Positions 1-10,384 of a stretch of DNA of 64,000 nucleotides are shown one piece after another. Source of the DNA: an uncultured delta proteobacterium (GTDB lineage: Bacteria; Desulfobacterota; RBG-13-43-22); contig CAVQFQ010000017.1 in NCBI GenBank assembly GCA_963711835.1, positions 608,001 to 672,000 of the forward strand, in the 5' to 3' direction. The position numbers were made by a program, and so were the translations under genes. Under the pieces are notes generated by a model, which was not told the DNA's origin, searched no databases, and saw nothing but the letters and a program-made list of their open reading frames with translations. The number at the start of each line of letters is the position of its first letter. Position 1 is the first letter of the stretch.

Positions 1-714
1 GATATCCACCCCAAGCCCCTCCGTCCTCTTCAAGACCTCTTGGATCGGATCGATCCTGTCCACATTGATGGTAAAATCAGCCCCTAATTCTTGGGCCTTT
101 TTAAACCGCACTCCCTCGTCCGTATCCCTGCCGGTGATCCCAACCAGTCTTGCTCCCGCGGCCTTGGTCATGACAAGGGCAATAAGACCGATCGGCCCCG
201 GACCGGTAATGACCGCCGATTCCCCTGCCCGGAGAGAACAGCGCTCAATAATCGCCGTGAAGCAAACAGCGATAGGTTCCATGATGGCCCCTACCTCAAA
301 GGGAATATGGTCGGGAAGACGATGCAGCAGTTTTGCCGGACCGGCAACATACTTGGCAAAGGCCCCATTGATCCCGATCCCGAAAGCCCTCTTCTGTTCG
401 CAGACCTGGGGATAGCCGCTCTGGCAGGGATAACAGGTCCCGCAGGCCCCGGTCCTGGTTTCACTGACGATGCGGTCTCCGATCTTCCAGCCTTTTACCG
501 TACCCCCCACATCGGCAATGACACCGGCGAATTCGTGCCCCAGTGTCATGGGCGGCCAGTAGGGATGACTGTCATGGAAGATATGAAGGTCGCTGCCGCA
601 AACCGAGGCGGCCTTGACCTCCACCAGGACTTCGTCGTCCTTGATCTTCGGTTCAGGGACCTCCCTCATTTCCACCAGACCTTTTCCTTTTCCATATTTT
701 ACCAGAGCCTTCAT
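1..714 (-). CDS. Zn-dependent (MDR family) alcohol/sugar dehydrogenase, runs off the window edge
   Basis: Manual translation from ATG 714: MKALVKYGKGKGLVEMREVPEP...VCGSDLHI, GHEF, and Rossmann GPGPIGL. Not in the ORF track because no stop lies in the window. Confidence 0.9.
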   Translation of the reverse strand, partial: MKALVKYGKGKGLVEMREVPEPKIKDDEVLVEVKAASVCGSDLHIFHDSHPYWPPMTLGHEFAGVIADVGGTVKGWKIGDRIVSETRTGACGTCYPCQSGYPQVCEQKRAFGIGINGAFAKYVAGPAKLLHRLPDHIPFEVGAIMEPIAVCFTAIIERCSLRAGESAVITGPGPIGLIALVMTKAAGARLVGITGRDTDEGVRFKKAQELGADFTINVDRIDPIQEVLKRTEGLGVDI

Positions 715-728
715 CTCTTCTCCCTCAA

Positions 729-2009
729 CTATTGAACGTTTTCCACCACCGGCAGGATTTCTCCTCCCTTTTTGAGCACGGCAACCTGGGCCTCATTCCC
801 CAGCCGATCAAAGGCGATATCGAGGGCCTCCTGAGGTGTTGCCGCATAGGTTAGCCCAAGTTTTTCTGTTTCTTGTTTTGATATGCCTGCCGATACGAGG
901 ATCCCCTGGGCCCTTTCTTTGATCACCCTTCCCACATGAACGAGATGGGCCGCGGCGGTCAGTTTGGAAAATTTTCCTTCACGCACCATTTCTTCTACTA
1001 CCGAATAAGGATGGTAGCCTGTCTCAAGCACCTCAGGATGGCTGGTTGAGACCCCTTCCGGACAGGGTGAGACCAGGATGACGATGCCCCCTTGACGGAC
1101 GGCCAGTTCAGCAGCGTAAATCCCTTTGGAAGAAAGCCACAGCTCTGAATCGTAGGGGTGAGAGTCGGTGATGACAATATCCGCTTCCCGGGGTAAAACA
1201 GACCGGTAGATATTATAGGACAGGGAAGCACCGACCCGGTAGGCCTCAACCGGATCTCCTGCAACCACGCCTGCCAGCCTTCCGGAATCATCGAGGATGC
1301 AGTTCATGATCCAGGCCAGCCCGGCCTGGAGGGCGACCTTTTCGATTTCCTGCTTTACCGGATTATCGGCCTTTCCGAGGATATCCCTTCCGGAAAACCT
1401 GGCAGCCAGCCAATGGGTCTTGCCGGTTGTCTCCTCACCGCAGATCCCGGGCTGGACGATATTCCCACCACCGCTGAATCCTGAAACGCGGTGGGGAACA
1501 ATCTGACCGATCCCGATAATAAAATCGGCTTCACCGGCAAGTCTGTTGACATAAATCGGGATATGGCTATCGGTTTCCCCCAGGTAGGTGAGCTGGGCAG
1601 GGTCCCACCAGGCATGATTCAATACGGGATAGAGGGAAGCAATCTCCTGGCCGAGTTTACGGGCAATTTCTTCCTCATTCATGGGCTGGTGGGTTCCAAG
1701 GCCTATAAGAAAGTTGATCTCATGGGACCCGCTCCGGCCTTCGCCCAGCTCTTCAAGGAGGTAGGGAAGGATAGTCGCCACCGGTGTCATCCGGGTCTGG
1801 TCATCCACGACAATGAGGATCTTCTTTTTCCCCCGGATTTGATGCGACAGGCGGCTTGCCTGTATGGGTCGGATCAAGGCCTCTCTGATCAACTCTTCGG
1901 GGCTTTTCTCAATTTCTATTGCTGAAGGGGAGAAGATTCCCAGGAGATTTTTTTCGGGAATGATCACCGGGGTCACTTCATTATAAGGGAAAGGGATGGT
2001 AACCGCCAT
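729..2009 (-). CDS. LarA-superfamily nickel-pincer racemase/epimerase
   Basis: Motifs DDQTRMTP, GLGTH, PH..GFSGG and a C-terminal LarA_C-like region; 426 aa. Substrate not determinable. Confidence 0.85.
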   Translation of the reverse strand: MAVTIPFPYNEVTPVIIPEKNLLGIFSPSAIEIEKSPEELIREALIRPIQASRLSHQIRGKKKILIVVDDQTRMTPVATILPYLLEELGEGRSGSHEINFLIGLGTHQPMNEEEIARKLGQEIASLYPVLNHAWWDPAQLTYLGETDSHIPIYVNRLAGEADFIIGIGQIVPHRVSGFSGGGNIVQPGICGEETTGKTHWLAARFSGRDILGKADNPVKQEIEKVALQAGLAWIMNCILDDSGRLAGVVAGDPVEAYRVGASLSYNIYRSVLPREADIVITDSHPYDSELWLSSKGIYAAELAVRQGGIVILVSPCPEGVSTSHPEVLETGYHPYSVVEEMVREGKFSKLTAAAHLVHVGRVIKERAQGILVSAGISKQETEKLGLTYAATPQEALDIAFDRLGNEAQVAVLKKGGEILPVVENVQ

Positions 2010-2015
2010 CTTGTT

Positions 2016-2666
2016 CTACGCCTCCTTGGCTTCCCGGATGGCTTGGATGAAGGCCCTGGTGTTCTCAGTGATCAATGAGTATTTCTTGTCCTTGATGGCT
2101 TTTTTATCCGTCAGCTCTCCACCGACCGCAACTGCCGAGGCCCCTGCCCTGATAAAATCTCCGGCGTTTTTCAGATTAACCCCCCCCGAGGGCATAAGAA
2201 GGACCTGGGGTAACGGCCCTCGGATGGCCTTCACGTATCCGGCCCCTCCCACCAAGTCGGCGGGAAAGACCTTGACCATGTCGGAACCCGCCTCCCAGGC
2301 CGTAAGGATCTCGGTGGGTGTCATGGCCCCGGCAATGACAACGACACTGTAACGGTGAGCAAGCCGGATCAACTCAATGTTGACCGTCGGGCTGACAATG
2401 AACTGTGCCCCGGCCAAGAGGGCTATCCTGCAGGTCTCGGGATCAAGTACCGTGCCGGCACCAACAATCAGCTTATTTTTAAATGTTCCCTTGAGTTCTT
2501 TGATGACTTCGATTCCCCCGGGAACCGTCATGGTGATTTCCAAAAAACTTGCCCCGCCATCCTTGATAGCCTTGGCTACCTCGATCGCCTCCTTGGCAGA
2601 AGATGCCCTTATGAGGGGGATCAGTCCCTCTGCCAGCATTTTGTCGAAAATTTCCCTTTTCTCCAT
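2016..2666 (-). CDS. eda: KDPG/KHG aldolase
   Basis: EITMT, GAGTV, FIVSP, KVFPA and PSGGV motifs; ATG 2666 follows an AGGAG ribosome-binding site. Confidence 0.9.
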   Translation of the reverse strand: MEKREIFDKMLAEGLIPLIRASSAKEAIEVAKAIKDGGASFLEITMTVPGGIEVIKELKGTFKNKLIVGAGTVLDPETCRIALLAGAQFIVSPTVNIELIRLAHRYSVVVIAGAMTPTEILTAWEAGSDMVKVFPADLVGGAGYVKAIRGPLPQVLLMPSGGVNLKNAGDFIRAGASAVAVGGELTDKKAIKDKKYSLITENTRAFIQAIREAKEA

Positions 2667-2694
2667 GGTTCTCCTTTTTGCAGTTAAGTTCAAT

Positions 2695-3705
2695 TTATTT
2701 CATACCCCTTCTCAACAAGGGTCGCATCAAAAGGACGAATTCTTCCTTAGAAAATCCATAGGGCCCGGAGAGGTCTTTAAGCCTTTCCAGACTGACTTTC
2801 TTTCTCTCCCGGTTCCCTTCAAGGACCTTAAAAAATTCCTCGAAATGTTTCAGATGGGCAAATTCCGGGATATCTTTCATAGCCAATTCCATTTTCCTGC
2901 CTGCCAGACCCCAGAGATAGATAAGCTCCGAGACCGGTGAGACCACTACAGGATGACAACCGCCGGGGATAGCCATGAGGCACTTATCGGTTATCAGATA
3001 GGCTTTTCTAAGCCTCTGGCCATCCATCAGGATCTGAACCCCATAAGGATCATATTCATCCTTCCCCTTTTTCTCCCAACTGAAACGGTGGTAGTAGATT
3101 TCTTCGTGGTCCGATTCACCTGAGGGCAGGGCATCCCGGTCATGTCTGTGAAGGGGCGTTCCGGACCAGAATCCTGGCGGGCTGTAGGTTTCCCCTACGA
3201 TCAGGTTGGAGCTCCCGTCATTAGGGCTGACCAGGGAGACGACATCCCTTCTCCAGACCCAGTCTCCGCGGGAGACTACCGATGTCTCGGCTGAAGAACG
3301 GTAAAAGGGTATTTTTGGGCTGAGGGCCGGTGCTTCAAAAAAGGCCGTTTCACCTTCTCCCCGGATCTTCAGGCTTGAATTTGACGGGATATAGAGGGCT
3401 GAGGCGTTGGTCTTTCCCGGTCCTAAGGCGAAAGGTCCTCCCCTGCGCTCCCCATTGAAACGCTCTCCATTCACCTCGGCATCAAATGCACCCTCCTGGG
3501 GCACGAGGACCATCTCTCTTTCTCCAGTTTCCTTAAAGATATACTCCGAAGTCAGCCGAAGGATACCGAAACCAAGAATTTCCAAGGGGATTTCCTCTAA
3601 AAGGGGGTCCAGGAGGAGTCCGCTGGTAAGACCGTCATACTTGATGATGGGATCGACTTGGTTCTTTTCGATCCTCCCGGCATATTTTTCCATTGTGCTT
3701 TCCAT
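2695..3705 (-). CDS. IolB/KduI-family cupin isomerase (5-deoxy-glucuronate isomerase-like)
   Basis: GETYSPPGFWSGTPLHRHD...HEEIYY and GCHPVV correspond to the IolB signature. Confidence 0.75.
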   Translation of the reverse strand: MESTMEKYAGRIEKNQVDPIIKYDGLTSGLLLDPLLEEIPLEILGFGILRLTSEYIFKETGEREMVLVPQEGAFDAEVNGERFNGERRGGPFALGPGKTNASALYIPSNSSLKIRGEGETAFFEAPALSPKIPFYRSSAETSVVSRGDWVWRRDVVSLVSPNDGSSNLIVGETYSPPGFWSGTPLHRHDRDALPSGESDHEEIYYHRFSWEKKGKDEYDPYGVQILMDGQRLRKAYLITDKCLMAIPGGCHPVVVSPVSELIYLWGLAGRKMELAMKDIPEFAHLKHFEEFFKVLEGNRERKKVSLERLKDLSGPYGFSKEEFVLLMRPLLRRGMK

Positions 3706-3749
3706 TAGATTTTTTCTCCTTGGCGTTTATGACAGATTCGTAAAAAGTA

Positions 3750-3882
3750 GGGGCCGATGGGTCATCTTTTCAGGGTGGTCCACCTTAAGGTCAGAAGCTT
3801 CTTTCCCGGGCCAAAACTTGAATGGTGTTTCAGGAGCAGGCCTACACCAAAGCTGGAAATGAGCTTTGGTGTAGGCCCTGTT
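3750..3882 (-). repeat. Partial, reverse-oriented copy (F) of the nested inverted-repeat element
   Basis: Hairpin CAGGCCTACACCAAAGCT...AGCTTTGGTGTAGGCCCTG plus a degenerate arm (rc GGTGGACCACCCTGAAAAGATGACCCATCGGCCCC) like the right arm of copies A-E. Confidence 0.6.
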
Positions 3883-3896
3883 TCCGATTATCGATC

Positions 3897-5117
3897 TTAT
3901 TCCTTTTTCAATTCAACCCGCCGTCCCTCCTCGGCCGATTGATAGGCGGCATAAATGATTTCCACCACGTCCCTGGCCAGGAGAATGCCGGAGACCGGCT
4001 CCCGGTCCTCGATCAAGGCATCCACAAAGTCCTCCATTTCCTGGGGGTAACCCCGGACCCAGTCTTCATCAGGGCTGGGGAAGTTCCAGCCGGCCTTGGT
4101 CTCCAGTTTCTCGGCGAGGTACTCATCTCCGAAAATATGTCCTTCCGGGGCATAGACTTCCAGTGTATTATGGGGATTTATGTTCACATTGACCACGGCG
4201 TTGGAAAGATAAACGTTCATGGTATTACGCACTCCTCCAAGGACCCCGTCCGAGGAAAAGACCGTGGCGGCAGAGAGGTCTTCGAAGGTGATGACCATCA
4301 CACCCCAGTCTTCGACATCTTCCCAGGCCGAGGCCAGATATTTCTTTTTTTCTTTTACAAAGCTGTCCATCTTGGTGTGCTGCCCGATTTCAGCCATGAC
4401 CGATTTGGCCCGGATAGGCTGTCCGGATTTAATCAGACCTTCGTAATGCTTCAGGTGAAGAACCCCACCGACCGGATGGGCACCCAGGCGCATCAGCGAT
4501 CCGCCTCCCGAGGTTTTCCATTTTCTCGAGTAGGGGGCGACAGATCCCGAATGACTTTGTTCGGCCCGGATATCCATGATCGCACCTTCACTGGCTTTGA
4601 TCAGGTTCTTCAGTTTCGTCAGGGGAGGGGCATAGATCCAGTTTTCCGCATAGAGGAACTTGACCTTATTCTTCTCGACGGCCTTCATCACCCGATGACA
4701 GGACTTCCGGGTCTCCTCAAGCATTTCTGCCTTCTTGACGGAAAACCCGACATGTTCCTCCGGCCGGTCCTTACCGAAAAATCCGGTCAGCGGTTTTTCG
4801 CAAATGATATGTTTACCAGCCTCGGCCGCTTCCACACAGAAATCCTCGTGCAGGTCCGTGGGGATGCAGAGATCGACCAGGTCGATATCCTTCCTGTCGA
4901 GAATACGGCGGTAATCGTCATAGTAATCGGGGATCCCGTATTGTTCGGCGATGCTTTCCGCATGATTAATCTGGTTGGAGGCCACGGCGACCACCTCGGC
5001 CTTTATCCCCCTTAATTTTGATAGGTTGTTCAGGTGCAGTCGGGCGGCAAATTGAGAACCGACCATTCCTATTCTTACCCTGGTCCTGGTCATGACAAGC
5101 TGTTTCCTTTCACCCAT
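3897..5117 (-). CDS. Gfo/Idh/MocA family NAD(P)-dependent oxidoreductase
   Basis: N-terminal Rossmann fold, AGKHIICEKP motif, GGGSLMRLGAH. Confidence 0.9.
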   Translation of the reverse strand: MGERKQLVMTRTRVRIGMVGSQFAARLHLNNLSKLRGIKAEVVAVASNQINHAESIAEQYGIPDYYDDYRRILDRKDIDLVDLCIPTDLHEDFCVEAAEAGKHIICEKPLTGFFGKDRPEEHVGFSVKKAEMLEETRKSCHRVMKAVEKNKVKFLYAENWIYAPPLTKLKNLIKASEGAIMDIRAEQSHSGSVAPYSRKWKTSGGGSLMRLGAHPVGGVLHLKHYEGLIKSGQPIRAKSVMAEIGQHTKMDSFVKEKKKYLASAWEDVEDWGVMVITFEDLSAATVFSSDGVLGGVRNTMNVYLSNAVVNVNINPHNTLEVYAPEGHIFGDEYLAEKLETKAGWNFPSPDEDWVRGYPQEMEDFVDALIEDREPVSGILLARDVVEIIYAAYQSAEEGRRVELKKE

Positions 5118-5197
5118 CTCTCTCCGGCCTTCCCGGCCCCAATATTTTTTTTCAAAAATTTTAAGCCGGCATCAGCCCGTGGCAAGGGGTTTCTCTT

Positions 5198-6349
5198 TCA
5201 TTTTGAAGGATAGGATGCATTTCCCACAATTTTTGGTTGGTATCCATTTTTTTCCAAGATATCCGGTCTGATAAAACGTATCCCCTCGGCCTCCATGGTG
5301 AGTGTAGGATAAATCACCGGTTTAGTGATCGGCTCCGGTCCTTCCGATGTGGCCAGTATCGTATCCTCGGACTTGGTTCCGGTAATAGACGGATTCCAGG
5401 TGAAGGCCTGATTTTCCTGGATGATGTCCGGGGTTTCAAAATTGACCCGGTAATCCCTTCCCGTATATCCGATGGAACCGCCCTGGTGATGAAGCTTCCA
5501 CTCCACCGGAAAACCCATCTTCTTATAGGCTTTAATTCCTCGGTCAAGGACTTCCCCGGCCGGAATCCCCGGTTTAGTATGGGCCATGAAAGTGCAATCA
5601 ATGAAAACATTGGCCTCATATTTTTTCCGAAGTTCCTCCGAAACCTTTCCGAAATGGATAAAACGGGTCAGGGAAACAATGAGCCCCCATTTTCTGGCGT
5701 TCACCGAAACCATAAGCATTTGGTCAATCTTTTTCTCCGAGGGTATGGGATGGCGAAACAGGGTGACGCGATCGTCTGCCGCAGCCATAAGTGTAACCGG
5801 ATCAATCCTGTCCCTCCAGAGTTCATTACAGAGTCTTCCCACAACTCCTGATTCCTTTTCCCCTCTCTGGGTCTCCATAAGGGTCTTTTCCAAGGCGTAG
5901 GAGACCTTTTCCCCGAGCCAGCGATACCGTTCAATCTCTTCAAGAGTAAGGCTGTAGCGGAGGCGGGCGATCTCTTCGGTCATCACCTTCGCCTCCGGGA
6001 AAGGTACATCGGATCCCAGAGATCCCTTGTCCATCAACTCTTTGACGATCGCTTGTTCCTGTTCATCGTGCCAGGGGAAAATCTTGATAATAAAACCTTG
6101 CTTTTCCAGACCTTCCTCAAGGATCATTCGCGGGGCTTCAATGTTGTTGGAAAGCACAAACTTCTTTTGTTCTGTGATGAGCAGGGAGGCGGCCCCAAAC
6201 TCGGTCGTAATACCCACGAGATTGAGGCCGCCCCCGGTCAGCCATGAAAAATTGGCCTGCCGTTTAAGAAGGAGCCCTTTAAGACTATTACCCTGCAGAA
6301 AATCCCTTATTCTTCGTTCCTTTTCCTTGATCTCTTCAGGAAGCGCCAT
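5198..6349 (-). CDS. M24 (pita-bread fold) peptidase/amidohydrolase-like protein
   Basis: HHQGG, WNPSITGTKSEDT and SLTR motifs; creatinase-like N-terminal domain. Confidence 0.75.
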   Translation of the reverse strand: MALPEEIKEKERRIRDFLQGNSLKGLLLKRQANFSWLTGGGLNLVGITTEFGAASLLITEQKKFVLSNNIEAPRMILEEGLEKQGFIIKIFPWHDEQEQAIVKELMDKGSLGSDVPFPEAKVMTEEIARLRYSLTLEEIERYRWLGEKVSYALEKTLMETQRGEKESGVVGRLCNELWRDRIDPVTLMAAADDRVTLFRHPIPSEKKIDQMLMVSVNARKWGLIVSLTRFIHFGKVSEELRKKYEANVFIDCTFMAHTKPGIPAGEVLDRGIKAYKKMGFPVEWKLHHQGGSIGYTGRDYRVNFETPDIIQENQAFTWNPSITGTKSEDTILATSEGPEPITKPVIYPTLTMEAEGIRFIRPDILEKNGYQPKIVGNASYPSK

Positions 6350-6364
6350 ATTTCACCATTTTAT

Positions 6365-7351
6365 TTACTGGGCCAGTATTTCAGCCCAGGTGGTCACCGG
6401 CCATTCCGTCTTGAAGAGCCCTTCTACAGCAGGTTTTGCTTTTTCCCTAAACAAATCCGCATCAGGGATGATCACCTGCATCCCTTTGCGCTGCAGGTCG
6501 ATAAGCAATTTGAGCTCATCCTTCTTCATCTTTTCGTTGGCCCAATTGGCGGCTTCCTTGGCGGTCTTCAGGATCAGATCTTGATCCACTTTTGACAATC
6601 CATCGAAAAAGGTCTTGTTGATCATGATCCCTCCGGTCTGGACCAGATGATTGGTCATGGTGAGAAAAGTCTGAACCTCATCCAGTTTAAAAGAGGCCAC
6701 CTGTCCCAAGTCACCCTCTGAGGCATCCGCCTTGCCTTCCTTCAAAGATTTGTAGAGTTCGGGAAGGGGAATGGGTACGGGATCTGCTCCCATCTCTTTC
6801 CAAACGGCAATCCAGGTCTTTACGGTCGGCAGTCGAAGTTTCATTCCATAGACGTCGGCCGGGGTATAAAGGGGTTTTTTCGATGTTGTCTGACGGAGCC
6901 CTCGGGAGACCAGCTCCAGATACTTGACGTTTCCGGTCTTCTCCACTTGTTCCCGGGCCTTCTTCCCGATGTTTCCTTCCCAGACCCTCAGGACATGGCT
7001 GAGATCCTTAAAGACATAAGGAGCGTTCAGGAAGAAATACTGGGGGCCGAAGATCTCGAGGGCCCGGTGGCCGTTCGATTGCATTTCCATAGCCCCTTTG
7101 CTGCACAAATCGTTAATCTCTTCTTCGGATTTCACCCCGGCCTGCACTTCGACTGTAATCCGGCTGCCGCTCCCCTTTTCGATCAATTCTTTAAATTTCT
7201 CAGCAGCCTCAACCAGGATATGGCCGGACTTGAATGGACTGCCGATGCGAATGGCCGTCTTTTCTGCCGCGACGGCCCCATTTGCCCCGGCTATGAGTAA
7301 GCCCAACAGGGCAATCGATAAAAGAAAAAGATTTAACTTTGAGTTCTTCAT
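6365..7351 (-). CDS. TRAP transporter solute-binding protein (DctP family)
   Basis: Signal peptide; GMKLRLP and MGADPVPIPLPELY motifs. Confidence 0.85.
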   Translation of the reverse strand: MKNSKLNLFLLSIALLGLLIAGANGAVAAEKTAIRIGSPFKSGHILVEAAEKFKELIEKGSGSRITVEVQAGVKSEEEINDLCSKGAMEMQSNGHRALEIFGPQYFFLNAPYVFKDLSHVLRVWEGNIGKKAREQVEKTGNVKYLELVSRGLRQTTSKKPLYTPADVYGMKLRLPTVKTWIAVWKEMGADPVPIPLPELYKSLKEGKADASEGDLGQVASFKLDEVQTFLTMTNHLVQTGGIMINKTFFDGLSKVDQDLILKTAKEAANWANEKMKKDELKLLIDLQRKGMQVIIPDADLFREKAKPAVEGLFKTEWPVTTWAEILAQ

Positions 7352-7375
7352 GATCTTTCCCCCTTTTTTGTAAAA

Positions 7376-8326
7376 TTATTTTTTAATGTCAGCCACCAGC
7401 TTGCCAAAGAATTCATGGTCCTTGGCTAAAAGCTTCTCGAATTCCTCCGGACTCAGATAATGGAGTTCCACCGACATGTCCTTGGCATTTTTCTTGAATA
7501 CAGGATCATCCATCCCCTTTTTGAAAGCGTCATGAAGCTTTTTAATCACATCCGCAGGGGTTCCTTTGGGGGCAGCCAGTCCTCGCCACATCCCCATGGA
7601 GAAATTGATGCCCTGTTCCTTGACTGTCGGTACATTGGAAAAGAGCTCAAGTCTCTTATCCGCGAAGAGGGCGATGATCTTCAGCTTTCCGGCTTGAATC
7701 TGACTTATCCCTTCAGGGGGGGAAACCGACACGGCGTTGATATGTCCCCCGAGAAGGGCGGTGACCGAAGGTCCTCCGCCGGAGAAGGGAATATGGTTCA
7801 ATTTAATACCGGCGGCCTTTTCAAAGGCCAGGGCAACCAGATGGACTCCTCCGCCCGCCCCCGAGTTGCCCACGGTAATCATATTTGGATTCTTTTTTGC
7901 GTAGTCCACAAATTCCTTCAGGCTCTTCCAGGGGGCATCCGCCCTGACCAGGAACATCGAGGGATCATTGACCACATTAATGACCGGGTCAAAGTTTTTA
8001 TAGGTGAATGCGGTCTTTACCTGATGGGGGAGTATGGTTAGAGGAGTAATGGCAGAAGTGAGCGTATACCCATCGGGTTTGGCCTGGGCAGCCTCCGTAT
8101 AACCCACGGCCCCGCCGCCGCCCGGCCTGTTGACCACCACCACCGCTTTGCCCAGGTATTTTCCCGTGGTTGCCGCCAGGGCACGAAAAACAAGATCCGT
8201 TGCACCGCCGGCGGCCCAGGGAATAATGATCTGGACTTCCCTTGTTGGAAATTCGGTTGCCTGGACAGGCACCATTCCACTGAGGACGAAAATCATAAAA
8301 ACGACTAATAAGGTTCTTCGTTTCAT
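7376..8326 (-). CDS. tctC: Tripartite tricarboxylate transporter substrate-binding protein
   Basis: PWAAGGATD, VVVNRPGGGG and VPTVKEQG Bug/TctC motifs. Confidence 0.9.
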   Translation of the reverse strand: MKRRTLLVVFMIFVLSGMVPVQATEFPTREVQIIIPWAAGGATDLVFRALAATTGKYLGKAVVVVNRPGGGGAVGYTEAAQAKPDGYTLTSAITPLTILPHQVKTAFTYKNFDPVINVVNDPSMFLVRADAPWKSLKEFVDYAKKNPNMITVGNSGAGGGVHLVALAFEKAAGIKLNHIPFSGGGPSVTALLGGHINAVSVSPPEGISQIQAGKLKIIALFADKRLELFSNVPTVKEQGINFSMGMWRGLAAPKGTPADVIKKLHDAFKKGMDDPVFKKNAKDMSVELHYLSPEEFEKLLAKDHEFFGKLVADIKK

Positions 8327-8389
8327 TGCAATCCCTCCCTTTAACTTAAGAAATTAAATGTTTAAAATTTGAAACCATTAATGGCCGGA

Positions 8390-9895
8390 TTAAGCCCTTC
8401 TCCTTATTCGCCCGGCCAAGACACGGAAAAACGGCATGAAGAGAAAAATGAGGGTGGCCAGGAGAAAAACCAAGGATATGGGTCGTTGGACGAATACCGC
8501 AAAACTCCCGTGGGAAATCATCAGGGCTTGCCGAAAGGCCACCTCCAGCTTCGGGCCCAGGACCAAGGCCAATAAAAGCGGGGCGGCCTCATAGGCCCAT
8601 TTTCTCATCAAGAAGCCAATGGTTCCGAAAAGAATCATCATCCAGACATCAAACATCGAGTTATTTACAGTATACATGCCCGTCAAACAAAAGAGCATGA
8701 TAAGCGGCAGCAATATTTTTTTCGGTATCCTCAAAATATTGGCAAATAAAGGGACAAACGGCAGATTCAGCAAAAGAAGGATGAAATTGCCGATATACAT
8801 ACTGGCGATTACGCCCCAGAAAAGCATCGGATGTTCGCTGATCATCATGGGCCCTGGTGTCACACCGTGGATCAAGAGGGCCCCGAGGAGGATGGCCGTG
8901 GGGGGAGCGAAAGGAATCCCCAAGGCAAAAAGAGGGACGAAGGCCGCCTGGCAGGCCGAGTTATTGGCAGCTTCCGGCCCGGCCACACCTTCAATGGCTC
9001 CTTTCCCAAACTCTTCGGGGTGTTTGGAGATCTTTCTCTCCACCATATAAGAGGCGTAGGTGGCAATCACCGGTGCCGGTCCGGGAACAAGCCCTATCCC
9101 AAAACCGAGGCCGGTTCCCCTCAGAATGGCCCAAATGGATTTTTTAAGATCTTCAAGACTTGGAAAGAGTTCTTTCAGACGGGGGACGGTGACCTTCTGC
9201 TCCAGTAGATCTGCGGGTTGTCCCACATTCACCAGTACCTCTCCGATGCCGAACAGACCTATGGCTACGGCGACAAACTCGATACCTCCCAGAAGGGAAG
9301 TGGATCCAAAGACAAATCGCGCCTCGCCCCCAACAGGATCGAGTCCGATAGTACCGATGATAAGACCCACTACGGCCATCAGGAGTGACTTGAGTAGAGA
9401 ACCACCGGTGACGTTGCTCAATACGATAAACCCGAAGACCATCAAGGAGAAATATTCGGTCGGGCCAAAGGCCAGGGCCGCTTCAGCCAGGGGAGGTGCC
9501 AGAAAAACAAGGCCGAAGATCCCGATGGTTCCGGCAATGAAAGAGCCTATGGCACAAATGGCCAGAGCTTTTCCCGCTCTGCCCCTTTGGGCCATCTGGT
9601 AGCCGTCAATACAGGTGATACAGGAAGCGGTTTCTCCGGGCACATTGAGCAGTATAGAGGTGGTTGATCCGCCGTACATGGCCCCATAATAAATCCCGGC
9701 CAGCATGATGATGGCTGAGGTGGGGTTCAACCCGAAAGTGACGGGAATCAGGAGGGCGATCCCGGCGATCGGCCCAAGACCCGGGAGAATCCCGATCAGG
9801 GTACCGACGATGGCCCCCATTAAACAATAAAACAGGTTTTGGGCCGTCGTAGCGACTCCAAAACCGGTTGCCAGATACTGGAGGGATTCAAGCAT
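8390..9895 (-). CDS. tctA: Tripartite tricarboxylate transporter large permease
   Basis: GILPGLG, YGAMYGGS, PEAANN motifs; highly hydrophobic. Confidence 0.95.
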   Translation of the reverse strand: MLESLQYLATGFGVATTAQNLFYCLMGAIVGTLIGILPGLGPIAGIALLIPVTFGLNPTSAIIMLAGIYYGAMYGGSTTSILLNVPGETASCITCIDGYQMAQRGRAGKALAICAIGSFIAGTIGIFGLVFLAPPLAEAALAFGPTEYFSLMVFGFIVLSNVTGGSLLKSLLMAVVGLIIGTIGLDPVGGEARFVFGSTSLLGGIEFVAVAIGLFGIGEVLVNVGQPADLLEQKVTVPRLKELFPSLEDLKKSIWAILRGTGLGFGIGLVPGPAPVIATYASYMVERKISKHPEEFGKGAIEGVAGPEAANNSACQAAFVPLFALGIPFAPPTAILLGALLIHGVTPGPMMISEHPMLFWGVIASMYIGNFILLLLNLPFVPLFANILRIPKKILLPLIMLFCLTGMYTVNNSMFDVWMMILFGTIGFLMRKWAYEAAPLLLALVLGPKLEVAFRQALMISHGSFAVFVQRPISLVFLLATLIFLFMPFFRVLAGRIRRRA

Positions 9896-9907
9896 GGTTT
9901 TCCTTCT

Positions 9908-10373
9908 TTACATTCCGAGGAAACCTTTAGGAAGCGGGATCTTCAGCCAATGGACAAAGAGAAAATAGGAGCCTGCCGACGTCACCAAAGAAAGGAGCAA
10001 GTTAAGGGCCCAATGCCTTGCCCCCAGGATCCATAGAAGTCCTAACATGAGCAGAAAGGAAGCCAAGGGATAACCGAGGGTGTTGAAGAAAAAAGTAATT
10101 AAAACCAGGATCCCGAGGAAGAAGAACGATTCGCCAGGGTGATCCGGGCCTTTCTTCGGCACAACCCTCTTTCTCTACCGATTTTGTCCTTCCCCAAAAG
10201 GTGTTACCCATAAAAAGGACGGAGAGAACCATAAGAAGCAGGCCGAGACATAAGGGAAATAAGCCTGAACCCGCTGCCCTGAAATTTCCTACCGGCATCC
10301 TCAGGGACAAGGACGAGGTGAGTGCCCCGAAAAGAAATAAAACCAGACCCCCGAAAATATCGTCTCTTTTCAT
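9908..10373 (-). CDS. tctB: Tripartite tricarboxylate transporter small permease, frameshifted near 10165
   Basis: ORFs 10002..10373 (GSGLFP) and 9908..10162 (WLKIPLPKG) join into one TctB-sized membrane protein. Confidence 0.8.
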
Positions 10374-10384
10374 GATGATGCTCT

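Noticed and set aside
3822-5015. Long antisense ORFs (for example 3822..5015, 19279..20103, 51728..52606, 53524..54396)
   Set aside because: They shadow well-supported genes on the opposite strand and carry no recognisable motifs.
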